In this document: piece after piece, positions 55,416-64,000 of the stretch
Position numbering within the stretch: the stretch's first letter is position 1
How the letters are laid out: the number at the start of each line of letters is the position of its first letter
NCBI GenBank assembly: GCA_029004185.1
Contig: JAQUPB010000001.1
Location: 1,322 to 65,321 of the forward strand
Source of the DNA: Bacteroidales bacterium
GTDB taxonomy: Bacteria; Bacteroidota; Bacteroidia; Bacteroidales; JAHJDW01
DNA length: 64,000 bases
Reading direction: 5' to 3'
Program-made: the position numbers and the translations under genes
The notes under the pieces: generated by a model
Databases searched by the model: none
Told to the model about the DNA's origin: nothing
The model's input: only the letters and a program-made list of their open reading frames with translations

Positions 55416-57269
55416 CTATTCATTCTGTTTCGGTTTTTTCTTCTTCGTTGGTTTTTGAATAACGTTAAGCAGGTTTGTTTCTATCATTTCCTTTTCAAGG
55501 TCGGGTCGTTTGATTGTGTCGTTGAGATATTTTTCAACCATTAAGCTTGCTATGGGAGCCGCCCATGTAGCTCCGAATCCTGCATTTTCCACAATAATAG
55601 CAAGTGCAATTTTCGGATTGTCTTTGGGTGCAAACAAAATAAAAACAGAATGATCTTCGCCGTGCGGATTTTGTGCTGTACCTGTTTTTCCGCACATAGG
55701 AATTCCTTTTATCTTTGCCGATACTCCTGTTCCCGATTCAACAACTTCATACATTGCTTCTATTATTAAATCAAAGTATTTTGATTCAACAGATGTATAA
55801 TGGGGTTGAGTGAATTTTTTATCTATATATTTATTTTTCCCTATGGCTTTTATAATATGAGGAGTATAATAAAAACCCCTGTTGGCAAGTATTGCTGTAA
55901 AATTTGCAAGCTGCAGGGGAGTTACGCTTATTTCACCTTGTCCTATTGCAAGTGAAATTACCGAAACCGAATTCCAGTGATTTCTGTGGTATTTGTCGTA
56001 ATATTTTGATGTAGGTATTATTCCTTTGCTTTCATACAAATCGATTCCGAGCTTATTGCCAAAACCGAAACTCAATGCATGATTTCGCCAGCTTGTATAA
56101 CTGTCACGAATATTGTGATGTTTCACCCTGTCGAGGATTGAACGAAAAACATTGCAATAATAAGCATTGCATGAATACTGAATGGATTGCTTAAGGTCTA
56201 AAGGAGAAAAATGCCTGTGACATCCTCCAATCAGATCACCTATCTGGTAACCCTCATTACACGAATACCGCGTATCGGGAAATAATACTTTAACCTGTTG
56301 TCCGATTAAAGCATTTAATATTTTAAATGTTGAACCCGGAGGGTATTGAGCCAGCAATGCCCTGTTGAATAAAGGTTTAGATTCGTCGGTATTAAGTTTG
56401 ACAAAATTTTCAGCTCTCATGTTTCCTACAAATAAATTCGGATCGTATGTAGGGCTTGTTATGAGAGCCAGTACTTCCCCTGTTGAAGGATCGATAGCAA
56501 CAATACTGCCTCTTTTATTTTGCATTAATTTTTCACCGAATTCCTGAAGGGCGCCGTCAATAGTAGAAAAAACATCTTCTCCTGCCACAGCTGTAGTATC
56601 GTATCTGCCTTCACGGAAACTTCCTTTTTCACGGTTAAGAGCATCAACCATGATTATTCTTAATCCTCTTTTTCCGCGCAGGTATTTTTCATAAGATTCT
56701 TCAATGCCGCTTATTCCCATATAATCGCCGGCTCTGTAATATTTGTTTTTTTCAAGAAAAGAAGGGTCAACTTCACCTATATAACCAAGAATATGCGCAG
56801 CTATAGGTTTTGGATATTTTCTTAATGTTCGTGCCTGAATAAAAAATCCCGGAAGCTTATACATTTTTTCCTGCAGCATCCCGTACATTTCCTTTGAAAT
56901 CTGTTTTTCGAAAATCGAAACCCTGATGGATGAATATGTTTTGGCTTTTTCCATCCTGCTTATGAAAGTAGCTTTATCAATATTAAGAATTTTACATAAT
57001 TCCGCAGTGTCAATATTTTTGGCATATCTTGGAGTTACCATCAAATCATAGGATGCTTCATTATAAACAAGCAATCTTCCGTCGCGGTCGTAAATCAATC
57101 CTCGGTTAGGATATTCGGTGAGAAAACGCAAAACGTTGTTGTTGGCTGAAATCTTGTATTCATCGGTCAATACCTGAATGTAAAACAACCGTATTACAAA
57201 TATTGAAACGGCAAAAATAAATATGAAAATTATTGTATGTTTCCTGTCGGAATATAATGTGTTGTTCAA
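55416..57269 (-). CDS. mrdA: Penicillin-binding protein 2
   Basis: 617 aa. N-terminal anchor, GSTFKILNA (SxxK), YSCNAYY (SxN) and CGKTGTAQ (KTG). Confidence 0.9.
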   Translation of the reverse strand: MNNTLYSDRKHTIIFIFIFAVSIFVIRLFYIQVLTDEYKISANNNVLRFLTEYPNRGLIYDRDGRLLVYNEASYDLMVTPRYAKNIDTAELCKILNIDKATFISRMEKAKTYSSIRVSIFEKQISKEMYGMLQEKMYKLPGFFIQARTLRKYPKPIAAHILGYIGEVDPSFLEKNKYYRAGDYMGISGIEESYEKYLRGKRGLRIIMVDALNREKGSFREGRYDTTAVAGEDVFSTIDGALQEFGEKLMQNKRGSIVAIDPSTGEVLALITSPTYDPNLFVGNMRAENFVKLNTDESKPLFNRALLAQYPPGSTFKILNALIGQQVKVLFPDTRYSCNEGYQIGDLIGGCHRHFSPLDLKQSIQYSCNAYYCNVFRSILDRVKHHNIRDSYTSWRNHALSFGFGNKLGIDLYESKGIIPTSKYYDKYHRNHWNSVSVISLAIGQGEISVTPLQLANFTAILANRGFYYTPHIIKAIGKNKYIDKKFTQPHYTSVESKYFDLIIEAMYEVVESGTGVSAKIKGIPMCGKTGTAQNPHGEDHSVFILFAPKDNPKIALAIIVENAGFGATWAAPIASLMVEKYLNDTIKRPDLEKEMIETNLLNVIQKPTKKKKPKQNE

Positions 57270-57278
57270 TGTAAAAAA

Positions 57279-57310
57279 GTTTGAAGTTTGAAGTTTGAAG
57301 TTTGAAGTTT
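57279..57310 (+). repeat. Tandem heptamer repeat (gtttgaa) x4.6, starting 10 nt upstream of the mrdA start codon
   Basis: gtttgaagtttgaagtttgaagtttgaagttt, followed at 57325-57333 by a partial complement, aaacttcaa. Confidence 0.85.
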
Positions 57311-57448
57311 CGCAATTTTAATGTTAAACTTCAATATTTGGCATTCATTAATTAATGTTCGATATTTTTTATTTAATTCTAAAATCATAATTCTTAAGTT
57401 TCAACTAAAAATCTTACAAAAATAATCTAACTACTTACGACTAATATC

Positions 57449-58315
57449 TTACGACTTTTTATGTTTCCATCTTTTATGCGACCATAGCCAGTTATCGGGA
57501 TTTTTAATGATAATGTTTTCTAAAAATCTCACATACCATTCGGTAATTTCAAGTTCTTTAAATTCATTCGGTTTGTCGGTAAATTTTGTAAATTCTATTT
57601 CATAATATCCGCGTTTCGGATGTTGAATATCCATGAAAACTATTGCAAAATCAAGCATCTTCGACATCTTTTCTATGCCAAGATACACAGCGGTTTCCTG
57701 ATTGAGAAAATTTGTCCAGTATGTTATTTCACCTTTTGCGGGTGTCTGGTCACCGGCAACATAATAAAGCGATAAATTATTTTTATTCCTTGCCATAAAC
57801 TTTAATGTCTGCTTGTAAGGAATGAGTTTAAGATTGAACCTGTGACGTAATTTATTGAGATAATTATTGAAGAATTCATTTGTCAGTGGTTTTATCAAAC
57901 CGTAATGATTATATGGAGATTTTATTGTAACCGCATGAGTTGTAAACTCCCAGTTTCCGATGTGTCCCATTGCAACCACTACGCTTTTATTTTTTGAATA
58001 AAGTTCATCGAGTACTTCAATATTTTTTATTTTAACTCTTTTCAGATATTGTTTTTCAGAAATGTTTTTTACTTTAATAACTTCCAAAAACATATCGCAT
58101 AAATTTTTAAAATACTTTTTTGCAATTTTTTCGATTTCTTCGGGAGTCTTGTCGGGAAAGGAATTTCTCAGGTTTTGATAAACAACTTTTTTTCTGTATC
58201 GGATTATATAGTAAAATAAAAAATAAAAAAAATCCGATAAAATATACAACAACCGGAATGGAAGTATTGAAATAAACCATGCTTTTATTGAAAAAATAAT
58301 ATAAAATATTCTCAT
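57449..58315 (-). CDS. Lipid A biosynthesis (LpxL/HtrB-type) lysophospholipid acyltransferase family protein
   Basis: 288 aa. N-terminal anchor, the MGHIGNWE acyltransferase motif and a C-terminal WLWSHKRWK. Confidence 0.8.
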   Translation of the reverse strand: MRIFYIIFSIKAWFISILPFRLLYILSDFFYFLFYYIIRYRKKVVYQNLRNSFPDKTPEEIEKIAKKYFKNLCDMFLEVIKVKNISEKQYLKRVKIKNIEVLDELYSKNKSVVVAMGHIGNWEFTTHAVTIKSPYNHYGLIKPLTNEFFNNYLNKLRHRFNLKLIPYKQTLKFMARNKNNLSLYYVAGDQTPAKGEITYWTNFLNQETAVYLGIEKMSKMLDFAIVFMDIQHPKRGYYEIEFTKFTDKPNEFKELEITEWYVRFLENIIIKNPDNWLWSHKRWKHKKS

Positions 58316-58358
58316 AAATTATGTTTGAAAAATTTCGAGGTTACAAAGTTAAAAAATA

Positions 58359-58412
58359 GCCACAGATTCACAGATTAAAAATTACTCTTTTTGTAATCTG
58401 TGAATCTGTGGC
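58359..58412. repeat. CACAGATT-family palindromic hairpin (copy D)
   Basis: gccacagattcacagattaaaaattactctttttgtaatctgtgaatctgtggc. Identical to copy A except for one extra loop A. Begins 8 nt after the tatD stop, with T-runs on both sides. Confidence 0.85.
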
Positions 58413-58419
58413 TGGTTTT

Positions 58420-59181
58420 TTAAATTTTAAAAACTTCTTCTGCTGTTCTTGTAGTGGTTTCCTCAACTTCTTCAATCGTAATATTTTTTACTTCTGCAAT
58501 TTTTTCAGCAATTAAAGGAATATAAGCGCTTTCGTTTCGTTTTCCGCGATGCGGTATGGGAGAAAGGAAAGGAGCATCGGTTTCGAGCAGGAGGTTTTCG
58601 ATATTTATTTTTTTAACTATTTCTGCCAATCCTGAATTTTTATAAGTAACCACGCCTGTTATTCCTATTTTAAATCCCATCGAAGTCACTTCTTCTGCAT
58701 GTTTTAAATTTCCGGAAAAGCAATGAAAAACACCGGTAAGTCCTTCGTAATTTTTCATTATCTCAATTATTTCATCCATTGAATTTCGTGAATGAATGAT
58801 TACGGGAAGTCCATATTTTCGTGCCAGCTCAAGCTGAAACTCAAGAGCAATCTTTTGTTCCTTAATATATGTTTTGTCCCAGTAAAAATCCAAACCAATT
58901 TCACCAACAGCGAAATATTTTGTTTTTTTCAATTCTTCTTCAATAATCTTCAATTCTTCAGAGTAATTTTTTTTAACGGACGAAGGGTGTATTCCTATTG
59001 CGGGAAAGCAGTTATTCGGAAAAGCATCTGCAATTTCATTCATTGCCAAAATTGAAGTGCTGTCGAGATTAGGAAGAATAATTTTTTCAACTTTATTTTT
59101 TAAAGCATCTTCAACGGATTTTTTCCAGTCGTTTTGGAATTCCTTTAAATACAAATGGCAATGTGAATCGATGAAATACAT
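58420..59181 (-). CDS. tatD: TatD family hydrolase
   Basis: 253 aa. IDSHCHL, GEIGLDFYW, VIIHSR and LLETDAPFL motifs. Confidence 0.9.
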   Translation of the reverse strand: MYFIDSHCHLYLKEFQNDWKKSVEDALKNKVEKIILPNLDSTSILAMNEIADAFPNNCFPAIGIHPSSVKKNYSEELKIIEEELKKTKYFAVGEIGLDFYWDKTYIKEQKIALEFQLELARKYGLPVIIHSRNSMDEIIEIMKNYEGLTGVFHCFSGNLKHAEEVTSMGFKIGITGVVTYKNSGLAEIVKKINIENLLLETDAPFLSPIPHRGKRNESAYIPLIAEKIAEVKNITIEEVEETTTRTAEEVFKI

Positions 59182-59545
59182 TTATCTTAATTAAAATTTC
59201 AGTTTAACAAATTTACAATAAAAACTTTATTTCATATCCGAAGACCATTAAATAATTTATTATAGAACCTTATCTTATATCCAAAAACCTTGGTAGTACA
59301 AAAAGAACCCACCTCTTTTTAACCTTATTTTTTTGAATTGTTTCCATATAACTTTTAAATCAAAATAAGGTAATGAGGTTTGTTGACTTACCTTAAAATT
59401 ACATATCTACTAAGGTTTCAAAGATAAAAATGAGGTTTTAAATTATTCTTTATAATATAAATTATTTTTTTTAATTTCATTTATTTATATTTCAAAAAAA
59501 GTATGTAATTTGCACGGCAATTAAGTTATTTAAATATAAAATAAA

Positions 59546-61015
59546 ATGAGCTCAGACGGAAAACAATATTACATTGATGCAGCAAAGCGCTCAATGCAAT
59601 GGCACAAGGATTATATAGATAAAATGAGAAAATGCCGTTTCGACACAATTGCAGTGCACGGTGTTTATTCGATGCAGGAAGCACTTGATTTTAATCAGGG
59701 TTCTGTTATTGAACCTATTTATATGTCAACCTCGCAAACATATCGCGATTCCGACGAAATGGAAGCGGCGTTGGCTTATCAAATACCCACATGGTGTTAT
59801 TCACGAATTGCCAATCCAAGCATGTATTATTTTGAAGGGGTATTGGCTTTGCTTGAAACATACGGTTCGGAACATACTGCAACCTGCTGCGCTACTTCTT
59901 CAGGAATATCGGCAATAGATAGTGCATGCGACCCTTTTCTTGTTATTGATAAGAAAAATCCGGGTCAGAAAATGAATTTTGTTGCAACCTGCAAGGTTTA
60001 TGGCGGAACATTCCAGCAGTTTGCTATACGCAAAGACCAGGAAAGAAACATTGAATGGAGAAAAGTTGTTAATTCAACTAATATTGAAGAATGGGAATCA
60101 TTAATTGATGAAAACACAAGATTTTTATACGGCGAAATGCCAAGTAATCCGGGGCAAGCATTCTTTGATATTGAAAAGGTGGCTGAACTGGCCCGAAAAA
60201 ACCGCATACCATTGATTATTGACAGTACTGTTGCCACACCGGCATTAATGCGTCCGATAAACTGGGGTGCAGATATCGTAATACAATCGGTAACAAAAAC
60301 AATGACTTCAAGCGGATTTGGTATTTCGGGTGCAGTAATTGCAAAAAATAATCTGAACCATTTGAAAATAGATAATGATGAGTTAAAAGCAAATTTCGGA
60401 TTTTATTTAAAAGGACTTCCCAACCGCGATAACGGACCAAATATATCGCCGATGAATGCAATTTTAGCTTTAAATGATATTAGAACATTACGCTCAAAAA
60501 TTGATTTGATGAGCAGGAATACAATGAAAGTTGCAGAGTTTCTTGTGAAACACAAACACGTTGAGCAGGTAGATTATCTTGGATTGGAATCACATCCTTT
60601 ACATAAATTGGCGAAAAAATATCTTGTTCTGGTCGACTCTGAATATGACGAACTTTATAAGGAAAAAGTAAACCGTTACGGTCATCTCATGTCATTCAGG
60701 ATAAAAAAAGGAGCACAGGCAACAAGAGATGTTTTCGACGGCTTGCAGAGAATATGGAGAGCTACCGACCTTGGCAGAATAAAATCAGTGGCAACCATTC
60801 CGTCTATTTCAACACATTCACAGCAGGGAGAAGAAGGAAGAAAAATTGCAGATATTCCTGCAAATCTTATAAGATTATGCGTGGGAGCTGAACATCCTGA
60901 TGATATAATTGCTGATCTTGACCAGGCATTATCCGTTCTGGATGGCAAAAAAATCGCTGTCTCATCTCCTGAATATTCGGCTGGCGGCGCTTCTTCGGCA
61001 AGATTGAGAAAATAA
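59546..61015 (+). CDS. Cys/Met-metabolism PLP-dependent enzyme (O-acetylhomoserine sulfhydrylase-like, long form)
   Basis: 489 aa. FDTIAVHG, ATSSGISA, a PLP-lysine context IQSVTKTMTSSG and LIRLCVGAEHPDDIIADL. Confidence 0.8.
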   Translation: MSSDGKQYYIDAAKRSMQWHKDYIDKMRKCRFDTIAVHGVYSMQEALDFNQGSVIEPIYMSTSQTYRDSDEMEAALAYQIPTWCYSRIANPSMYYFEGVLALLETYGSEHTATCCATSSGISAIDSACDPFLVIDKKNPGQKMNFVATCKVYGGTFQQFAIRKDQERNIEWRKVVNSTNIEEWESLIDENTRFLYGEMPSNPGQAFFDIEKVAELARKNRIPLIIDSTVATPALMRPINWGADIVIQSVTKTMTSSGFGISGAVIAKNNLNHLKIDNDELKANFGFYLKGLPNRDNGPNISPMNAILALNDIRTLRSKIDLMSRNTMKVAEFLVKHKHVEQVDYLGLESHPLHKLAKKYLVLVDSEYDELYKEKVNRYGHLMSFRIKKGAQATRDVFDGLQRIWRATDLGRIKSVATIPSISTHSQQGEEGRKIADIPANLIRLCVGAEHPDDIIADLDQALSVLDGKKIAVSSPEYSAGGASSARLRK

Positions 61016-61082
61016 AAAATAAAAATTTAACAACAACATTTTTCTCCTCTCCTGATGGGGAGGGGTTAGGGGTGAGGTAAAA

Positions 61083-62450
61083 ATGCAAAAAGAAATTTTA
61101 TTTTATTCAACTAATTTAAAAGTACCTTCCGTCACTTTCAAAGAAGCATTGCTTAAAGGACAAGCTCCCGACAAAGGACTTTATATGCCCGAAATAATTC
61201 CCGTTATTCCGGAAAAAGAAATTAATGACTTTTACGGAATGGAATATCCCGAAATAGCTTATGAAATAAGTAAAAGATTTGTACTTGGCGATGTTCCCGA
61301 AAATATTCTGAAAGAGATTGTTCGTGATGCTTATAATTATCCTGTTCCGCTGGAAAATGTTTATGAAAACAAATGGGTAATGCGTTTGGATCAGGGTCCT
61401 ACCGCTTCATTCAAGGATTTTGCCGCAAGAATGATGGGTCGTCTGATGCAGTATTTTCTAAAATTAAATAATGAAAAATTATTGATTCTTACAGCCACTT
61501 CAGGCGATACCGGAAGTGCAATTGCAAATGCATTTTATAAACTAAATAATATTAAGGTTGTTGTATTGTTTCCTTTAAAAGAAGTTACGGGCAGACAGCG
61601 TAAACAAATGACCACACTCGGAAACAATATTCAGATAATTTCTGTTGACGGCAAATTTGATGACTGCCAGGCGCTGGTAAAAAAAGCTTTTTCTGATAAG
61701 GAACTTGATTATTTGAGTTTGTCTTCAGCAAATTCAATTAATATAGGGCGGCTTATTCCGCAAATTGTTTATTATTTTTATTCATTCGCAAAATTACGGA
61801 AAGAAAAATCCGCTGATGTTATTTTCAGCGTTCCTTCAGGAAATTTCGGCGATATGATGGGAGGAATGATTGCAAAAAAAATGGGTCTTCCTGTTAAGAA
61901 ATTTATTATTTCCACAAATGAAAATGATGAATTTCCTGCATTCCTTAATACAGGTGTTTATAATAAAATTGAACCTTCAAAAAATTGCATTTCAAGTGCA
62001 ATGAATGTCGGGCATCCAAGTAATCTTGCTCGTGTTGTTTCACTTTACGGAGGAAACATGGATGAAAAAGGCGTGATTCATGAAAATCCCGATATGAAAA
62101 AAATGCGTGAAGATATTTTCTCTGTCAGCATTACCGATAAGAAAACAAAAGAGATAATTAAATCGGCTTTTGAGGAATACAAACTTTTACTTGAACCTCA
62201 CGGTGCTGTCGGCTGGGGCGGATTGCACGAATTTTTAAAACAAAATAAAGAATATAATAATAAAGAGCAGTTATGCATTTCGCTTGAAACCGCACATCCC
62301 GCAAAATTTCCGGAAACGATAACTGAATTGCTGAACATCGACCCTGTTTTGCCTGAAAGTTTAAAAGGTCTTGAAAACAAACCGGAAGATTATATGCAAA
62401 TGAATAATGATTATGAGGAATTCAAAAAAATACTGATAAAAAAATATTGA
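61083..62450 (+). CDS. thrC: Threonine synthase
   Basis: 455 aa. PLP-lysine context GPTASFKDFAAR, TATSGDTGSA and VPSGNFGD. Confidence 0.9.
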   Translation: MQKEILFYSTNLKVPSVTFKEALLKGQAPDKGLYMPEIIPVIPEKEINDFYGMEYPEIAYEISKRFVLGDVPENILKEIVRDAYNYPVPLENVYENKWVMRLDQGPTASFKDFAARMMGRLMQYFLKLNNEKLLILTATSGDTGSAIANAFYKLNNIKVVVLFPLKEVTGRQRKQMTTLGNNIQIISVDGKFDDCQALVKKAFSDKELDYLSLSSANSINIGRLIPQIVYYFYSFAKLRKEKSADVIFSVPSGNFGDMMGGMIAKKMGLPVKKFIISTNENDEFPAFLNTGVYNKIEPSKNCISSAMNVGHPSNLARVVSLYGGNMDEKGVIHENPDMKKMREDIFSVSITDKKTKEIIKSAFEEYKLLLEPHGAVGWGGLHEFLKQNKEYNNKEQLCISLETAHPAKFPETITELLNIDPVLPESLKGLENKPEDYMQMNNDYEEFKKILIKKY

Positions 62451-62609
62451 TATCTTATAAAATGCGCATAGGGCTTAGGGCATAGAGTGAAGAGTATTCT
62501 GAGATTAACTCATTATGCTTTTCTTACTAATGACAAATGACTATTGACTTTATAAATCTTAATATTTTTAACGACAAACTACAAACGATTTAAACTACAA
62601 ACTTTTACC

Positions 62610-63818
62610 ATGAAATACATTATCATATTAGGAGATGGAATGGCTGACAGGCCGATTGGGCGGCTTGGCGGAAAGACTCCTCTTATGACAGCAGTTATTC
62701 CTAATATTAATTCGTTATGTGCAAAATCAAGAACGGGAAAATTAATTACAGTTCCTGCCGGTATGCATCCCGGAAGTGAGGTTGCAAATCTTGGTGTTCT
62801 CGGTTATGATGTTAAAGAAGTTTATCAGGGAAGAGGTGTTCTTGAAGCCGCAAGCATGGGAATTGAAGTCAAACCCGAAGACCTGGCGATGCGATGTAAT
62901 TTAATTTGCATAGAAAATGAAAAAATAAAAAATCATTCTGCGGGACATATCACCACAGAAGAAGGAGCTGAAATTATAAAAACATTAAATCAGCAGCTGG
63001 CAACTGATGATATCAAATTTTATCCGGGTGTTAGTTACCGTCATATATTAATTTTCAAAAACGGATTGAATAAAATAAGTTGCACTCCCCCTCACGATGT
63101 TCCGGGAACTCCTTTCAGAGATGTACTCATAAAACCAACTGATAAAAGAGGAAAAGAAACTTCCGATTTATTAAATAATTTAATCCTGAAGTCGCAAGTG
63201 ATTTTAAAAAATCATCCTGTAAATATTGAAAGGATAAAAAAAGGAAAAGACCCTGCAAACTCAATCTGGCCGTGGTCGCCGGGGAATAAGCCGAAAATGA
63301 AAACTTTGAAAGAAATGTATGGACTAACAGGTGCTGTTATTTCTGCAGTTGATTTAATACAGGGAATAGGAGTCTATGCAGGAATGGAAGTTATAAAAGT
63401 AAAAGGTGCGACCGGATTGTATGATACAAATTATGAAGGAAAAGCAAAAGCTGCAATTGAAGCAATAAAAAAATACGATTTTGTTTATCTTCACATCGAA
63501 GCATCAGATGAAGCAGGACATGAAGGAAATGTTGATCTGAAAATTAAAACACTTGAATACCTCGATAAGCGTGTAGTAAAATATATTGTGGAAGAAACCG
63601 GAAAAATAAATGAAAAAATTTCAATAGCTATATTGCCCGACCATGCCACTCCATGTGAAGTAAGAACACATACCAACGATGCTGTTCCTTTTTTAATATA
63701 CAATCCCGACAAATCTCCCGATAATATTAAGGAATATAATGAAAACAGTACCGAAAAAGGATGTTTCGGATTACTTAAAGGTGATGAGTTTATTAAGAAA
63801 TTAATAAGTGATAAATAA
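62610..63818 (+). CDS. Cofactor-independent phosphoglycerate mutase family protein (archaeal ApgM-like)
   Basis: 402 aa. ILGDGMADRP N-terminus, HIEASDEAGHEG and LPDHATP metal-site motifs. Confidence 0.85.
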   Translation: MKYIIILGDGMADRPIGRLGGKTPLMTAVIPNINSLCAKSRTGKLITVPAGMHPGSEVANLGVLGYDVKEVYQGRGVLEAASMGIEVKPEDLAMRCNLICIENEKIKNHSAGHITTEEGAEIIKTLNQQLATDDIKFYPGVSYRHILIFKNGLNKISCTPPHDVPGTPFRDVLIKPTDKRGKETSDLLNNLILKSQVILKNHPVNIERIKKGKDPANSIWPWSPGNKPKMKTLKEMYGLTGAVISAVDLIQGIGVYAGMEVIKVKGATGLYDTNYEGKAKAAIEAIKKYDFVYLHIEASDEAGHEGNVDLKIKTLEYLDKRVVKYIVEETGKINEKISIAILPDHATPCEVRTHTNDAVPFLIYNPDKSPDNIKEYNENSTEKGCFGLLKGDEFIKKLISDK

Positions 63819-63832
63819 GATTTTAAAATTGC

Positions 63833-63920
63833 ACACAGATTACACAGATATTACAGATCTTCACTGATTTTTTATCTGCGGTCATCAGTTTTTTCTGTGT
63901 TATCTGTGTTCTGTTTTTTT
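63833..63920 (+). terminator. CACAGAT-word nested hairpin plus T-run, a likely terminator of the apgM-like gene (copy E, variant)
   Basis: 63833-63848 (acacagattacacaga) pairs with 63894-63909 (tctgtgttatctgtgt) with one mismatch. An inner actgat/atcagt stem is present, followed by ctgttttttt. Confidence 0.65.
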
Positions 63921-64000
63921 ATTGTTTTGAAATTAAAGATTAAGTGAAATTCCGTGAAATTCAAGGAACTATTTCGGAAAAAACCAATTCAGCAAATCAT

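Noticed and set aside
57279-57310. Tandem and interspersed short repeats, considered as possible CRISPR arrays (also 7587-7712 and 8610-8667).
   Set aside because: The repeat units are 7-10 nt words or phased 8-mers without 25-40 nt unique spacers, and no cas genes are present in the window.
59182-59545. The long (364 nt) AT-rich leader upstream of the metY-like gene, examined for a SAM or other methionine-related riboswitch. It contains hairpins (accttatttt/aaaataaggt around 59322-59375; aaggtaa...ttacctt) and reiterated aacctt/aaggtt words.
   Set aside because: I could not recognise the conserved cores of the SAM-I, SAM-II or other riboswitch classes known to me. The structures look like the general word-repeat background. 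An Rfam/Infernal scan would settle it.
60867-61088. A 73 aa minus-strand ORF containing PNPSPSGEE.
   Set aside because: It is antisense to the metY-like gene end, and the PNPSPSGEE stretch is just the translated G-rich word module at 61044-61077.

Overview
AT-rich segment (about one-third GC by eye) that looks like a Bacteroidota chromosome: T9SS C-terminal sorting domains, a GldH-like lipoprotein and a GxxExxY protein. I call about 54 protein-coding genes. I recognised no rRNA, tRNA, CRISPR array, transposase or integrase. Most of the window is housekeeping: peptidoglycan and envelope (ddl, PBP1A, PBP2, M23/LysM peptidase, PASTA protein); LPS, Kdo and lipid A (waaA, O-antigen-ligase-like, LpxL-like, GT2, GT4, flippase); RNA modification (two tandem queA paralogues, rlmN); and rnpA-yidD, ispD, holB-PSP1 and a metY-like/thrC/apgM-like cluster. 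The main finding is an ~11 kb plus-strand island (about 8438-19458) set between minus-strand housekeeping genes and bracketed by two direct copies of a ~75 nt palindromic repeat. The island has two parts. (i) A GxxExxY / PD-(D/E)XK-type gene flanked by inverted copies of the same repeat. (ii) A tightly coupled RiPP-like operon: a GG-leader precursor with a Cys-free Gly/Ser/Thr/Asp/Lys-rich core, a secreted 349 aa protein, an ATP-grasp ligase, a 64 aa coupled ORF, a SPASM-domain protein lacking the radical-SAM CX3CX2C motif, a C39-peptidase ABC exporter, a HlyD adaptor and an outer-membrane barrel. From memory this resembles the catalogued but chemically uncharacterised grasp-with-SPASM gene pairing; I could not run any search. 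A second theme is that almost every intergenic region carries stuttered-word modules, often as long inverted repeats. These fall into several recurring families (CACAGATT hairpins, CGCAGAT ~75 nt elements, CAATTGT-armed hairpins with a conserved loop core). All functional calls rest on motif recognition by eye and need HMM or BLAST confirmation.
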